Shown one piece after another: positions 46,209 through 55,299 of a stretch of 55,299 bases of DNA. The notes below the pieces were generated by a model. It worked only from the letters and a program-made list of their open reading frames with translations, was not told the origin of the DNA and did no database searches. Positions within the stretch are counted from its first letter, which is position 1. Every line of letters begins with the position of its first letter. This DNA is from Candidatus Natronoplasma sp. Lineage in GTDB: Archaea > Thermoplasmatota > Thermoplasmata > Halarchaeoplasmatales > Halarchaeoplasmataceae. Both the position numbers and the translations under genes were made by a program. Where the stretch lies: assembly GCA_048621055.1 (NCBI GenBank), contig JBMCXO010000001.1, positions 1 to 55,299 on the forward strand. The letters run 5' to 3'.

Positions 46209-48605
46209 TCATACGAAATCCTCTAGAGTTACTTCGTCTTTAGTTTCGATCTTTTCATCTTCAGAGGTATTTTCTTCACCTATATTCCCATCATCCTCAT
46301 CATCGAAATCATCTGAGAAGAGGTCTGACTGTTTGTTACCTGCTAAAAGAGCCTCTTTATCCCAGCCGAAAACGTCCGTAACTCTAGACAGTGTTTTAGC
46401 GATCCTCTCAGCATAGTATTTCCAATCTGGCTCCTTTTCTAACTCATAATCAGAGAGCCATGGCTCCACCTTCTGAGGCGTTTTTCTCGCATCGGTAACT
46501 ATCCATGATACCTTCATCCCCGGAGTGAATTGATACCCCAAATCTTTCATCTTCCTAGCGGCCTGGACATTCGGCATGCTATCTGGGTTCTTATAATAAT
46601 CAAATTTTTTGCAGGTTCTAGATATCACCAATTTTTCGAGCTCTATCTGACCATCTCTCACTTCTCTTATCAATTCCTTAGCTCTCTCCACAGCACCTTC
46701 TACATCGTCATCCAATATATACTCAAATATTTCCCTAAGTGCCTCATCTTGAGCCTGAAAAGAGTCACTACGTCTCAGTTCATATCCTCTGACGAGCAGA
46801 TCTTCTTCAGGCCAAACAACTCGCCCGACATAACGCTTTTTTTTACCGTGGCTGAAGAAAGGATTAAGGACTTTCTCGAATTCTAGTATGATCGCTTCCC
46901 TAGTGTAATCTCGAGCGATCTCTTCACTTATGTCGATGGTCTTCTCTAAATCTTTCTCAGGCGATTGAAAGAAAACGCTGTCAGTATCCGAATAAATCAC
47001 CTTTAACCCATCATCTTGTAATTCTTTTATAAGCTGTTTGATATTCTCTCTAGCAAATGCGGTTATGCTTTCCCCGATATCGGGATCAGTAAATCGATAG
47101 AAAGATGACGCGAAAACACCGTAAAAAGAATTCATGAGGACCTTTATCGCGTTTTGTAGACCTCTATAATAACTCTCCTCTTTTCCTTCAGCTCGTTTCA
47201 TCTTCACTTTGACTTCATCCCTCTCTTCCATCAAATTCTCAAGTATCTCGGGTAATAGACCTTTCTTTTCTTCTGGAGTCAAAAATTTTGACCCTGTAGG
47301 GCTTCTTATATCACCCTTTTCCGAAAGTGTTGTGAAGCAGATATTGTTCTGGATGATTATACTAGGATACATACTCTTGAAATCCAAGACGCTTACCCAA
47401 TGGTAAAGACCCGGTTCGATAGAGTGAACATAGCCACCTTTGATCTTGCTACGCTTTCCACCGTGGGATGTGAGCGGAACACCTACGCCGTTTTCTTCAG
47501 CTTTTCTGATCAGGATTGAATCGACCAAAGTGGAAGTCCTTGGATTCAAACCCTCTTCAACCGGAAGTTTTGCTACCGTGCCCATATCCATAGCCTTGCT
47601 CAATACTTCCAGTTCTTTTAGTACATTCAGTGCCAACTCGGCATCTTTTACACAGTACTTTTTTACTCTCTCCGAGTTCCTCTCCCATTCTTCGTCTATT
47701 TTAGAGGAGTCTACATCATCTTTTTCTTCACCGAGCAGCTCTTCAGAAACATGATTAAGGGTCTCCCTTTTCAGATTTAATTCGGACTTGACGCTCCACC
47801 ACGCGTCGGCGATGATCCTTCCATTTACGGACCAGTATCTCTGACCTTTTTTTCTAAGCTTACCATTATCTCTACCTAGATTTATTTCTTTGATACCAAT
47901 GTCTTCAGCTCTTTCCACCAATTTCGGTAGATCATAACCGTTTATATTGTAACCAGTTATTACGTCGGGATCTTTTTCATGTACAAAACTCTCAAATGCC
48001 TCTATCATCTCTCTCTCTGAACCATCTAAACTCAATGTTTCTTTGTCGCCTTCGGTCTCCATCACGCATCCGATGGTCAATAACCTCTCGTCTTCCAAGC
48101 TGTTCTCTATATCGAAACTCAAAATATCTAAGTCCGGTTTTATAGGGTCAGTATTATCGAACGTCTCCACAGACATTATCTCCTCAGAGGTGTAGGAATC
48201 GTCATCTATCAATTCTCCACTAACTTTTACAGTAGAACTCAGATCAAAGTCGTAGATGAACCTCTGTACGAATGGGATATCCGCCGCCAAGACCTTACAT
48301 CTCTTTCTTAATCTATTCCTATATCCCGGTACCTTCCACGGATAGGTGCAGACGATCTTTTTACACGTTTTTTTTCTTCCATCGACCCATAGTTTCTCCG
48401 TAGTTATCTCCTTTATCTCGTCGTCCTTTTCCAATTTTCTTAAACAGTCTTCTGGGGGCTCGACCAGTTTAAAATAAGGTCTAAAATCATCATAAAGTAA
48501 AGTTATCGAAACTCCTTCATTGGTCCTTCCAAAAAGTTCTATGACCACACCGTCTTCGATCTTGCTGTAAGAGCCTGAGAGAATTCTCACAGTTCTTTCG
48601 ACCAT
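46209..48605 (-). CDS. polB: family B DNA polymerase
   Basis: 798 aa. Exo I SFDIEN, DFKSMYPSII, KVIYSDTDS, and an acidic C-terminal tail. Confidence 0.95.
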   Translation of the reverse strand: MVERTVRILSGSYSKIEDGVVIELFGRTNEGVSITLLYDDFRPYFKLVEPPEDCLRKLEKDDEIKEITTEKLWVDGRKKTCKKIVCTYPWKVPGYRNRLRKRCKVLAADIPFVQRFIYDFDLSSTVKVSGELIDDDSYTSEEIMSVETFDNTDPIKPDLDILSFDIENSLEDERLLTIGCVMETEGDKETLSLDGSEREMIEAFESFVHEKDPDVITGYNINGYDLPKLVERAEDIGIKEINLGRDNGKLRKKGQRYWSVNGRIIADAWWSVKSELNLKRETLNHVSEELLGEEKDDVDSSKIDEEWERNSERVKKYCVKDAELALNVLKELEVLSKAMDMGTVAKLPVEEGLNPRTSTLVDSILIRKAEENGVGVPLTSHGGKRSKIKGGYVHSIEPGLYHWVSVLDFKSMYPSIIIQNNICFTTLSEKGDIRSPTGSKFLTPEEKKGLLPEILENLMEERDEVKVKMKRAEGKEESYYRGLQNAIKVLMNSFYGVFASSFYRFTDPDIGESITAFARENIKQLIKELQDDGLKVIYSDTDSVFFQSPEKDLEKTIDISEEIARDYTREAIILEFEKVLNPFFSHGKKKRYVGRVVWPEEDLLVRGYELRRSDSFQAQDEALREIFEYILDDDVEGAVERAKELIREVRDGQIELEKLVISRTCKKFDYYKNPDSMPNVQAARKMKDLGYQFTPGMKVSWIVTDARKTPQKVEPWLSDYELEKEPDWKYYAERIAKTLSRVTDVFGWDKEALLAGNKQSDLFSDDFDDEDDGNIGEENTSEDEKIETKDEVTLEDFV

Positions 48606-48608
48606 ATT

Positions 48609-49790
48609 TCACTCCGACACTATCTTTATTATGTCTCCATCTTTAAGTTCGTGGTCTCTACCTATTACCCTATCAGTTCTAGCATCTATAGCTCTTATAA
48701 ATCCTTCCCCGATATCCGTATGCACCGTAAAGGCTAGGTCCTCCGCCGTGCTTCCTCTTTTCAAAAGATATGCATCGGGTAAAACACGCCCTTCCTTATC
48801 GGTGTAATCGTTCTCATTTTCAACGGGATAGACAACTATCATCTCTAGGACTTCATAGACCGCTTTTTCCATTGTTTTCTGGACGCCGAGGCCGTCGTTC
48901 TTTTTTATGAACTTTTTAATCTTCTTCAATGCTTCTTTTTGTTCCCTAGATATATCATCCCGCTGTATTTTGAAATCGTTGTCTCCGGGGATATAATCTA
49001 CGATGTTGTTCTCCGCTGCCTTCCGAAGGGCCAATTCATACTCCGCCGAAGTCGGGATAACAGGATAGTCTAGACCTTTGAGCGCCTCCAATTGATCTTC
49101 ACTACTGATATCGGCTTTATTGGCAGCTATGATCATGGGTTTGCTCTTTCTTCTTATCTTTTGAGCTAAATCGAACAATTCTTCTGAATCCCAGCTTGTT
49201 GGATTTTTGGGGAGATCCAGCTCTCTAAATGCATTGGTCACTTCCCCTTCAGAAACACCGAGCCCCGAAAGTTGATCGTAGATCACCTTTTGTATTTTCG
49301 ATCCGCTGACTTCTATCTTTCTAGAGACTTTGTCCCAGTTCTTTTCCAAGATGCCTTTTAACCAGTGGTCTATCTCTTTTTCCAAAAATTCTACATCCTG
49401 CTTAGGATCATGTTCACCTTTTTTACAGGGCTCCCCTTCTTCATCGGTGGATCCGCTTGCATCTATGATGTGTATGAGGGATGATGCCTGTCTTAAATCA
49501 TCTAAAAACTTGTTACCCAAACCCCTACCAGTATGGGCGTCTTTGACAAGACCCGCCACATCGATCAACTCTACTGGAACCATCCTAGTCCCCGCTTTAC
49601 AAGGAGAATTGTTCGGATCACAGTCCTTCCCGATCTCCACATGGGGACATCGGTGAGTGACGTACCCTATACCTCTGTTCGCATCTATCGTTGTGAACGG
49701 GTAAGATGCAACCTCTACCTCTGCTCTAGTAGAAGCGGAGAAAAAGGTACTTTTCCCTACATTCGGCTTCCCGACAAGGCCTACTTCCAT
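48609..49790 (-). CDS. ychF: YchF/OLA1-type P-loop NTPase with a TGS domain
   Basis: GLVGKPNVGKSTFF, SYPFTTID, and a C-terminal TGS-like domain. Starts 3 nt upstream of polB. Confidence 0.88.
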   Translation of the reverse strand: MEVGLVGKPNVGKSTFFSASTRAEVEVASYPFTTIDANRGIGYVTHRCPHVEIGKDCDPNNSPCKAGTRMVPVELIDVAGLVKDAHTGRGLGNKFLDDLRQASSLIHIIDASGSTDEEGEPCKKGEHDPKQDVEFLEKEIDHWLKGILEKNWDKVSRKIEVSGSKIQKVIYDQLSGLGVSEGEVTNAFRELDLPKNPTSWDSEELFDLAQKIRRKSKPMIIAANKADISSEDQLEALKGLDYPVIPTSAEYELALRKAAENNIVDYIPGDNDFKIQRDDISREQKEALKKIKKFIKKNDGLGVQKTMEKAVYEVLEMIVVYPVENENDYTDKEGRVLPDAYLLKRGSTAEDLAFTVHTDIGEGFIRAIDARTDRVIGRDHELKDGDIIKIVSE

Positions 49791-49854
49791 TTTAACTTCC
49801 CTATTTAGTTACTCAAACCCATGGCTTCATTCAGATCGTTCTTGATATTATTTC

Positions 49855-51036
49855 TTAACCGAGCTCGGTTCCACAGGAATAGCACATCATCGCGTCTGGT
49901 TCGAGTTTTGTCCCGCATTCTGGACACTCGATCTTATCGTCTTCACCTTCGCCTTCTTCACCTTCACCTTCTTCTTCTACCAGATCACTTAGGTCTTCTC
50001 CACACGCATAGCACATCTCGGCTCCAGGGCTCAATTCGGTTCCACATTCTGGACAAGTGAATACATCTTCGGCTTCGGGTTCTTCCTCTTCAGGTTCTAC
50101 TTCCTCTTCAGGTTCTACTTCCTCTTCAGGCTCTACTTCTTCCTCAGGCTCTACTTCCTCTTCAGGCTCTACTTCTTCCTCAGGTTCTACTTCCTCTTCA
50201 GATTCTACTTCCTCTTCAGGTTCTACTTCCTCAGGTTCCACTTCCTCTTCAGGTTCTACTTCCTCTTCAGGTTCTACTTCCTCTTCAGGTTCTACTTCCT
50301 CTTCAGGCTCTATCTTCTGTTCTACTTCGGGTATCTCTCTTTCTTTCTCTTCAGGTATTTCTACTTTCTCAGGTATCGCCTTTTCGATGCTTGGAATTCT
50401 TATCTCTTCTCCAACGATCTCCTTTTGTTTTTCCAACATCTTCTTATGAGCTTTTAATAATTTTCCTCTTATGTCAGCGAATTCCTTATCTTTTTCTAAA
50501 AGATTTCGTTCTTCTTTGGCTATCTTTCTGGTCGTTCCAAGAGTATCTTCGAGAGTTGTTTGGAGGTCTGATAAAGACTTGAGGCTTTCTCTTCTTTTTT
50601 CAAGAACGTCTTCTTCCTTCCGAACGATATAATCCTCCCTTTCATCCAAGTCCTCTTCCCTTTGGAGTACCGCTTCTTCTCTTTCGAGGACCTCTTCCTT
50701 TTTCTTCACTACATCATCTTTCAATTTTTCGATATCGTCTACCGCATTGGAAAATTCATATTTCAATCTCTCAACTTCGTCTCTCTCAGAATCCAATGAT
50801 CCTCTGATATCTTTGAAATCATTTCTTTCTGACTCTAATTCCTCTTTGAGATTCTTAAGCTTCTCTGCTTCTTCAATCAATTCTGATTCTCTAGCGGCCA
50901 ATTCTTCTTCTTTGTTAGAAAGTTGATCGGCCTTCTCATCCAGTTCTTTCTCTCTCTCACTCAACTTTTCCTTTCGTTGTTTAAGTTTTTGTAAGTAACC
51001 TTCCATTTCGCCAAAATCAAGATCATCTTCAGCCAT
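49855..51036 (-). CDS. coiled-coil protein with an (EEVEPE)n acidic repeat and two C-terminal zinc ribbons
   Basis: 393 aa. About 200 aa of heptad-like E/K/L-rich sequence, about 13 EEVEPE units, then CPECGTEL...CYACG and CPECGTKL...CYSCG. Confidence 0.8.
   Translation of the reverse strand: MAEDDLDFGEMEGYLQKLKQRKEKLSEREKELDEKADQLSNKEEELAARESELIEEAEKLKNLKEELESERNDFKDIRGSLDSERDEVERLKYEFSNAVDDIEKLKDDVVKKKEEVLEREEAVLQREEDLDEREDYIVRKEEDVLEKRRESLKSLSDLQTTLEDTLGTTRKIAKEERNLLEKDKEFADIRGKLLKAHKKMLEKQKEIVGEEIRIPSIEKAIPEKVEIPEEKEREIPEVEQKIEPEEEVEPEEEVEPEEEVEPEEEVEPEEVEPEEEVESEEEVEPEEEVEPEEEVEPEEEVEPEEEVEPEEEVEPEEEEPEAEDVFTCPECGTELSPGAEMCYACGEDLSDLVEEEGEGEEGEGEDDKIECPECGTKLEPDAMMCYSCGTELG
50083..50313 (-). 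repeat. 18-bp coding tandem repeat, 13 units (one of 15 bp); plus-strand consensus TTCCTCTTCAGGTTCTAC
   Basis: Read directly. Units differ by 0-3 substitutions. Confidence 0.9.
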
Positions 51037-51127
51037 GTTTTTGTGCCTCCTTCGAAATAAAGTATTCCATTATGATTAGTATAGGAATATTATATCTTAC
51101 TTAAGTAACTTACGCATCACATCAAAG

Positions 51128-51155
51128 ATAACGGTTCGAAAATAACGGTTCGAAA
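51128..51155. repeat. perfect tandem duplication of the 14-mer ATAACGGTTCGAAA
   Basis: Read directly in the divergent spacer, 38-65 nt upstream of the pyrD ATG. Confidence 0.85.
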
Positions 51156-51192
51156 CAAAAAATATTATTTCTAATCACATTTATGGGGTTTT

Positions 51193-52104
51193 ATGGTAGA
51201 ACTAGATATGAATCTGCTCGGCTACAAACTAAATCCGCCTCTGATACTTGCCTCGGGTATACTGGACCAGACCGCCGGGACAATGAAACGCATCGCCAAA
51301 AAAGGTATAGGTGGAATAGTCACTAAATCTATAGGGAAAAAACCGCGAGAAGGTCATCAAAATCCAACCGTGGTGGAATTAGACACCGGGCTATTGAATG
51401 CCATGGGACTGCCGAATCCAGGTATCCAGGATTTTAAAATAGAATTAGATAAGCTTCAAAGATCAGTGAAACAAAAACCGATCATAGGTAGTATATTTGC
51501 TTCCAATCCTGATGATTTTGTAGAATTAGCCCAAAAGATGGTGAGACACGGAGCCAATATGATAGAGTTGAATCTCAGCTGTCCACATGCAGAGGGCTAC
51601 GGAGCCTCTATTGCCTCGGATGACGAGATGATGATCGAGGTCATCGGGAGGGTTAAAAAAGAGATCGAAGAACCGATCCTTACCAAATTACCTCCATCAA
51701 CCGAAATCGCTAGGAAGGCTGTACTTGCGGAAGAAAGCGGCTCCGATGGTATTGTATGTATAAATACGGTCAGAGCGATGGCGATAAATTTTGAAACTCA
51801 AGAAGCGATACTGGGAAACCAAATAGGTGGATACAGCGGGGATGGAATAAAACCTATAGGGCTTAGATGCGTGTTTGAAGTTTACAAAGAAGTAGATATC
51901 CCCATAATAGGATGTGGAGGAATAAGCCGGGGCAGAGACGCCTTAGAATATGTACTCGCTGGAGCCTCTGCACTTCAGATTGGAACCGCTTTTCACTCAC
52001 GGGGAAAAGAAGTCCCAAAAAGGATAACTAATGAGATGAAAGAGTTGATGGAAAAAGAAAATATCGAAGATTTGAAGGAACTTGTTGGTGAGGCACACTC
52101 ATAA
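51193..52104 (+). CDS. pyrD: dihydroorotate dehydrogenase, class 1
   Basis: LNPPLILASGILD...NAMGLPNPGI...ELNLSCPH...GGISRG. Confidence 0.92.
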   Translation: MVELDMNLLGYKLNPPLILASGILDQTAGTMKRIAKKGIGGIVTKSIGKKPREGHQNPTVVELDTGLLNAMGLPNPGIQDFKIELDKLQRSVKQKPIIGSIFASNPDDFVELAQKMVRHGANMIELNLSCPHAEGYGASIASDDEMMIEVIGRVKKEIEEPILTKLPPSTEIARKAVLAEESGSDGIVCINTVRAMAINFETQEAILGNQIGGYSGDGIKPIGLRCVFEVYKEVDIPIIGCGGISRGRDALEYVLAGASALQIGTAFHSRGKEVPKRITNEMKELMEKENIEDLKELVGEAHS

Positions 52105-52123
52105 ATAAAAGAAGAAATATTAT

Positions 52124-52843
52124 GTGGTATGGTGGAGAACGATGAAGGAACCCGATCCTGAGGAGTTCGTCGAGCACCAAGATTATGGTGATTTTACTCA
52201 GATAATCACCCATATGTACAGGGCGGAGGTTCAACGATCATACAACTGGAGGAACCGGCTCGATAGGACCACCGAGTGGTCGATAGTCATACTTTCAGCT
52301 CTGACCACATGGACCTTCAGTGTACCTGGAAGACGACACGAACTGCTCCTCAGTGTCTTGATATTTATGGGGACACTTCTATGGATCGAATCGAGAAGAT
52401 TTAGGTATTATAATGTTTGGTTGAGTCGAATAAAAACACTCGAAGAAAATTTTCTAGCTAAAACACTTTCTCCAGACAAAAAAGTCAGTACTAGGAAGTG
52501 GATGGATACTTTGGCTAACGACTTAAGAAACCCACGGTTCAAGATCCCTCTTTGGATCGCTGTAGCGCACCGACTGAGAAGAGTTTACTTCTGGCTTTTT
52601 TCCCTGACTGTCATGTTGTGGCTGGGAAAACTCGCGATACACCCAACACCTGCCCCATCACTTGTTGTGATGATCAATAGGGCATCGATATTAGCAATTC
52701 CGGGATATGTGGTGATAATATTGACGAGTATTCTTTTGAACGGAACAGCTATTATAGCACTGTGGGGCTCACCACATGAAGAGAAGGGAATCAAAATAGT
52801 CGAAAAAAAGGGAATCGACAAGGATTGGGACAGGATGACATGA
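52124..52843 (+). CDS. DUF2270-like membrane protein
   Basis: MYRAEVQRSYNWRNRLDRTTEWSIV followed by TM segments. I recall this pattern from haloarchaeal DUF2270 proteins. Confidence 0.6.
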   Translation: MVWWRTMKEPDPEEFVEHQDYGDFTQIITHMYRAEVQRSYNWRNRLDRTTEWSIVILSALTTWTFSVPGRRHELLLSVLIFMGTLLWIESRRFRYYNVWLSRIKTLEENFLAKTLSPDKKVSTRKWMDTLANDLRNPRFKIPLWIAVAHRLRRVYFWLFSLTVMLWLGKLAIHPTPAPSLVVMINRASILAIPGYVVIILTSILLNGTAIIALWGSPHEEKGIKIVEKKGIDKDWDRMT

Positions 52844-52883
52844 TCCGACTGATGAACGACAAAATTATTATCCTTTTATTCCA

Positions 52884-53519
52884 TTGCACTTTCAAATGCA
52901 GATAGAGCGCACCGAATTGATAACGAGAGGAGCTGAAGCCGAGGTATGGAAAGGACGATGGAAGGACAGAGATATAATCATAAAGAAGAGAGTAAAAAAG
53001 GGCTATAGACTTCCAGAACTCGACGAAAAGATAAGAACGATGAGGGTTAGAAAGGAAGCACGTCTTCTTTCCGAGGCTAAAAAGTTAGGTGTCCCTGTGC
53101 CTATAATCTACGACCTAAACGAGGATAAAACGGAACTAGTAATACAGTATTTTCACGGGATGAGAGTGATGGATTGTATAGAAGAGGGTATAGATGTAAA
53201 TCTGGAAAGGATAGGTGAACACATCGGAAAGCTCCACGATGCTAGGATATCCCACGGTGATCTGACTACTTCAAATATCCTTTACGATTATGAAAAAGAC
53301 GAGTACTGCTTCATCGATTTCAGTTTAGGAGAGAAGGGATCTTCTTACGAATATTTGGGAGTTGATCTACATCTACTAAGAGAGGCGCTCGTCAGCGTTC
53401 ATGACGAGCCTCTAGATCTATTCGATAAAGTCCTTTCCGGGCATCAGAAAACTTGCGGAGAACACGAAAAGATAAAAAGTTGGGTAGATAAGCTCGAAAG
53501 CAGAGGTAGATATCGATGA
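52884..53519 (+). CDS. bud32: KEOPS-complex kinase Bud32 (stand-alone)
   Basis: LITRGAEAEVWKG...IIKKR...HGDLTTSNIL. An ATG at 52896 is an alternative start. Confidence 0.88.
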   Translation: MHFQMQIERTELITRGAEAEVWKGRWKDRDIIIKKRVKKGYRLPELDEKIRTMRVRKEARLLSEAKKLGVPVPIIYDLNEDKTELVIQYFHGMRVMDCIEEGIDVNLERIGEHIGKLHDARISHGDLTTSNILYDYEKDEYCFIDFSLGEKGSSYEYLGVDLHLLREALVSVHDEPLDLFDKVLSGHQKTCGEHEKIKSWVDKLESRGRYR

Positions 53520-54070
53520 TAGATAAGACTTTAACAGTAGTCACTTCGAACGAAGGGAAATATAAAGAGTATCGTGAAAAGCTCGGGGATCATTACAGCA
53601 AAATAGAAATGGCAAATGTAGGTTATCCTGAGATTCAAACGGACGAACTCGAAGATGTTGTGGAGTTCGCTCTCGAAGTATTATCTGAGCGATCCCCTCT
53701 GATAATCGACGACAGCGGTCTTTTTGTGGATCCTTTAAACGGCTTTCCAGGAGTCTATTCTTCTTACGTGATGGAAACTCTAGGTTGCGATGGTATACTC
53801 TCTCTCCTGAAAGGTAAAGAAGATAGAAAATCTAGATTTGAATGTGTTATAGGCTATCTAGGGGAAAGGAAAAAAACCTTTAAAGGGGTCTCTAGAGGAA
53901 CGATCACTAAAGAAAAAAGAGGAACAGGTGGTTTTGGATATGATCCTATATTTCAACCTGAAGATTCAGAGAAAACTTATGCGGAGATGAGCAGTCAAGA
54001 AAAGAACAAGATCAGCCATCGAGGCAGAGCGATGGAGGAACTGCTATATTTCGTGTCTTCAGAATATTAA
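53516..54070 (+). CDS. rdgB: non-canonical purine NTP pyrophosphatase (RdgB/HAM1)
   Basis: VTSNEGKYKE, GFGYDPIF, SHRGRA. ATGA overlap with bud32. Confidence 0.92.
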   Translation: MIDKTLTVVTSNEGKYKEYREKLGDHYSKIEMANVGYPEIQTDELEDVVEFALEVLSERSPLIIDDSGLFVDPLNGFPGVYSSYVMETLGCDGILSLLKGKEDRKSRFECVIGYLGERKKTFKGVSRGTITKEKRGTGGFGYDPIFQPEDSEKTYAEMSSQEKNKISHRGRAMEELLYFVSSEY

Positions 54071-54690
54071 TCCAACACTATCGAGACTATATCTTCTGGT
54101 TCTTCTATCACAAAATCGGCTTTTTTCGCCTCTTCACCGCCGTAACCGTATAAAGCTCCTATACTCTTAACACCTGCGCTCTTTGCTGCCTCAATATCGT
54201 GATATCGATCTCCGACCATCAGCGCTTCGCGAACAGAGAATTCAGAGAGGAGTTCTTCTATACGCTCTGCCTTGGATTTATCTTCTGTATAAGCCTTTAT
54301 AGATGAGAAATATTTCATGATCGAAGTTGTCTCTAACACTTTTTCTATATAATCATATCTTCCGTTAGAGCATATCGCAAGTTTATGACCACGCTCGGTT
54401 AGGGTTCTCAATAAGTTCTTGACACCATCGTAAAGAGTGGCCTCTATAGGGATGAACTCGCTCTCTTTTTCCACTATGGCTTTTTTGATCTGATCTTTAA
54501 GATCGATCTTTTCTTTCGGAACTAGGTTTTCTATTATCTGATCTGTAGGTTCCCCGAACTGGTTCAATATTGTTTCCCTAGAGACTGTTATTCCGAATAG
54601 GGAAAAGGCCTCTTTTAGGGCTGGGACGCTCACTTCCTCCGTTTTGTAAAGAGTTCCGTCTAGATCGAATATTATCAATTTTCTGTTCAT
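54067..54690 (-). CDS. HAD-superfamily hydrolase
   Basis: IIFDLDGTLY motif I and MVGDRYHDIEAAKSAG motif IV. Confidence 0.85.
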   Translation of the reverse strand: MNRKLIIFDLDGTLYKTEEVSVPALKEAFSLFGITVSRETILNQFGEPTDQIIENLVPKEKIDLKDQIKKAIVEKESEFIPIEATLYDGVKNLLRTLTERGHKLAICSNGRYDYIEKVLETTSIMKYFSSIKAYTEDKSKAERIEELLSEFSVREALMVGDRYHDIEAAKSAGVKSIGALYGYGGEEAKKADFVIEEPEDIVSIVLD

Positions 54691-54696
54691 AGATGA

Positions 54697-55299
54697 TCAC
54701 ATCTTCTGTTCAATTTGCGATAAAATCTGACAGGCTTTACATCTTTCGTTCATGCAGGGTTCTCCACACTCCTCACACATATCCAATTCCCCACCACCCT
54801 GATATTTGTTTCTTATGGGTTCTTTTATCTTCTCATAAGAACTCAAGATGGAAAATTTGATCCCCGGAGTATTGTCTTCAAGTTGACCTATCACGTCTCT
54901 ATACAGACCCCTTAAAGCCGTATCAGCATAGGGGCACTCCTGCTCGTGCAAGTCCATGTTTGAGAGTAAAGCATACAGATACGTCTCTTTTTCAGGGACT
55001 TTACGAAGAGGATTTATCCTTGGAACTAAACCCCTCTTAACATCGTCATGTGGAGCCAACCTCGCCATGCTTTTCATGTCCGCTCTGCAGAAATTCATCA
55101 TTATTGTCTGTGCAGTGTCATCTAGGTTTAAGCCAGTAGCTAATAGATCAAGCTCAGCGTCTTTAGACATCGTGTTCATCATCCATCTTCTGAGTACTCC
55201 ACAGACAGAACATGGCATCCCTATATCCTCTAATTCCATCATCTCGTCTAGCGACAATCCAAACTCTTCCTCGTAAGACCTGATCTTGTAGTCTATACC
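54697..55299 (-). CDS. TtuA/NcsA-family PP-loop tRNA 2-thiolation protein, N-terminus cut by the window edge
   Basis: PCSVCGVLRR, ATGLNLDDTAQT, PRINPLRKVPEKE, and a C-terminal CEECGEP...CKAC. The reading frame stays open to the end of the window. Confidence 0.8.
   Translation of the reverse strand, partial: GIDYKIRSYEEEFGLSLDEMMELEDIGMPCSVCGVLRRWMMNTMSKDAELDLLATGLNLDDTAQTIMMNFCRADMKSMARLAPHDDVKRGLVPRINPLRKVPEKETYLYALLSNMDLHEQECPYADTALRGLYRDVIGQLEDNTPGIKFSILSSYEKIKEPIRNKYQGGGELDMCEECGEPCMNERCKACQILSQIEQKM

Noticed and set aside
50083-50313. The regular 18-bp repeats as a possible CRISPR array.
   Set aside because: The units are contiguous with no spacers, lie inside a long ORF, and encode a peptide repeat.
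50057-50449. 130-aa ORF on the plus strand encoding an SSGSTSS repeat.
   Set aside because: It is the antisense shadow of the (EEVEPE)n repeat in the much better supported minus-strand gene 49855-51036.

Overview
This is a 55.3-kb archaeal chromosomal segment. It is AT-rich (roughly 40% G+C by eye), its predicted proteins are strongly acidic, and GGAGG-type ribosome-binding sites are common. It carries one intron-containing tRNA and many archaeal information-processing genes: PAN, proteasome beta, aCPSF1/FttA, RpoK, uS2, aIF1A, TiaS, Tsr3, Trm112, RadB, PolB and Bud32. The composition suggests a small-genome halophilic archaeon (Nanohaloarchaeota/DPANN-like), but that is inference only. Gene order is as follows: a tandemly duplicated USP-permease array; PAN; DUF763 and membrane/glycosyltransferase genes; a ThiF-like E1 convergent with a THUMP-less ThiI; rpoK-rps2; aCPSF1; psmB; an acyl-CoA island; an A-type ATP synthase operon atpHIKECFAB with no atpD at its end; tiaS; small translation and RNA-modification genes; an ABC transporter; ubiX; tRNA-Asn; tRNA-Leu with an intron; radB; polB-ychF; a coiled-coil/zinc-ribbon repeat protein; pyrD; bud32-rdgB; and a partial TtuA/NcsA gene at the window edge. 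The acyl-CoA island holds two ADP-forming acetyl-CoA synthetase systems, a Pta-N/DRTGG protein and a CoA-transferase-GNAT fusion. I saw no CRISPR array, transposase, integrase or recognisable defence gene. The most notable observations are these. (1) atpK encodes four fused proteolipid hairpins, only three with the ion-binding Glu, behind an N-terminal signal peptide and a ~110-aa extracytoplasmic beta-rich domain. (2) A single in-frame TGA separates the CoA-transferase-GNAT ORF from an ATP-grasp ORF, and that ORF's homologous coding sequence starts right after the stop without a canonical start codon. (3) A ~170-nt G+C-rich island next to an unannotated zinc-ribbon mini-ORF is a candidate structured RNA. 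(4) The region upstream of tRNA-Leu is repeat-rich and contains an exact copy of the tRNA 5' end. (5) An 18-bp coding tandem repeat encodes (EEVEPE)n.
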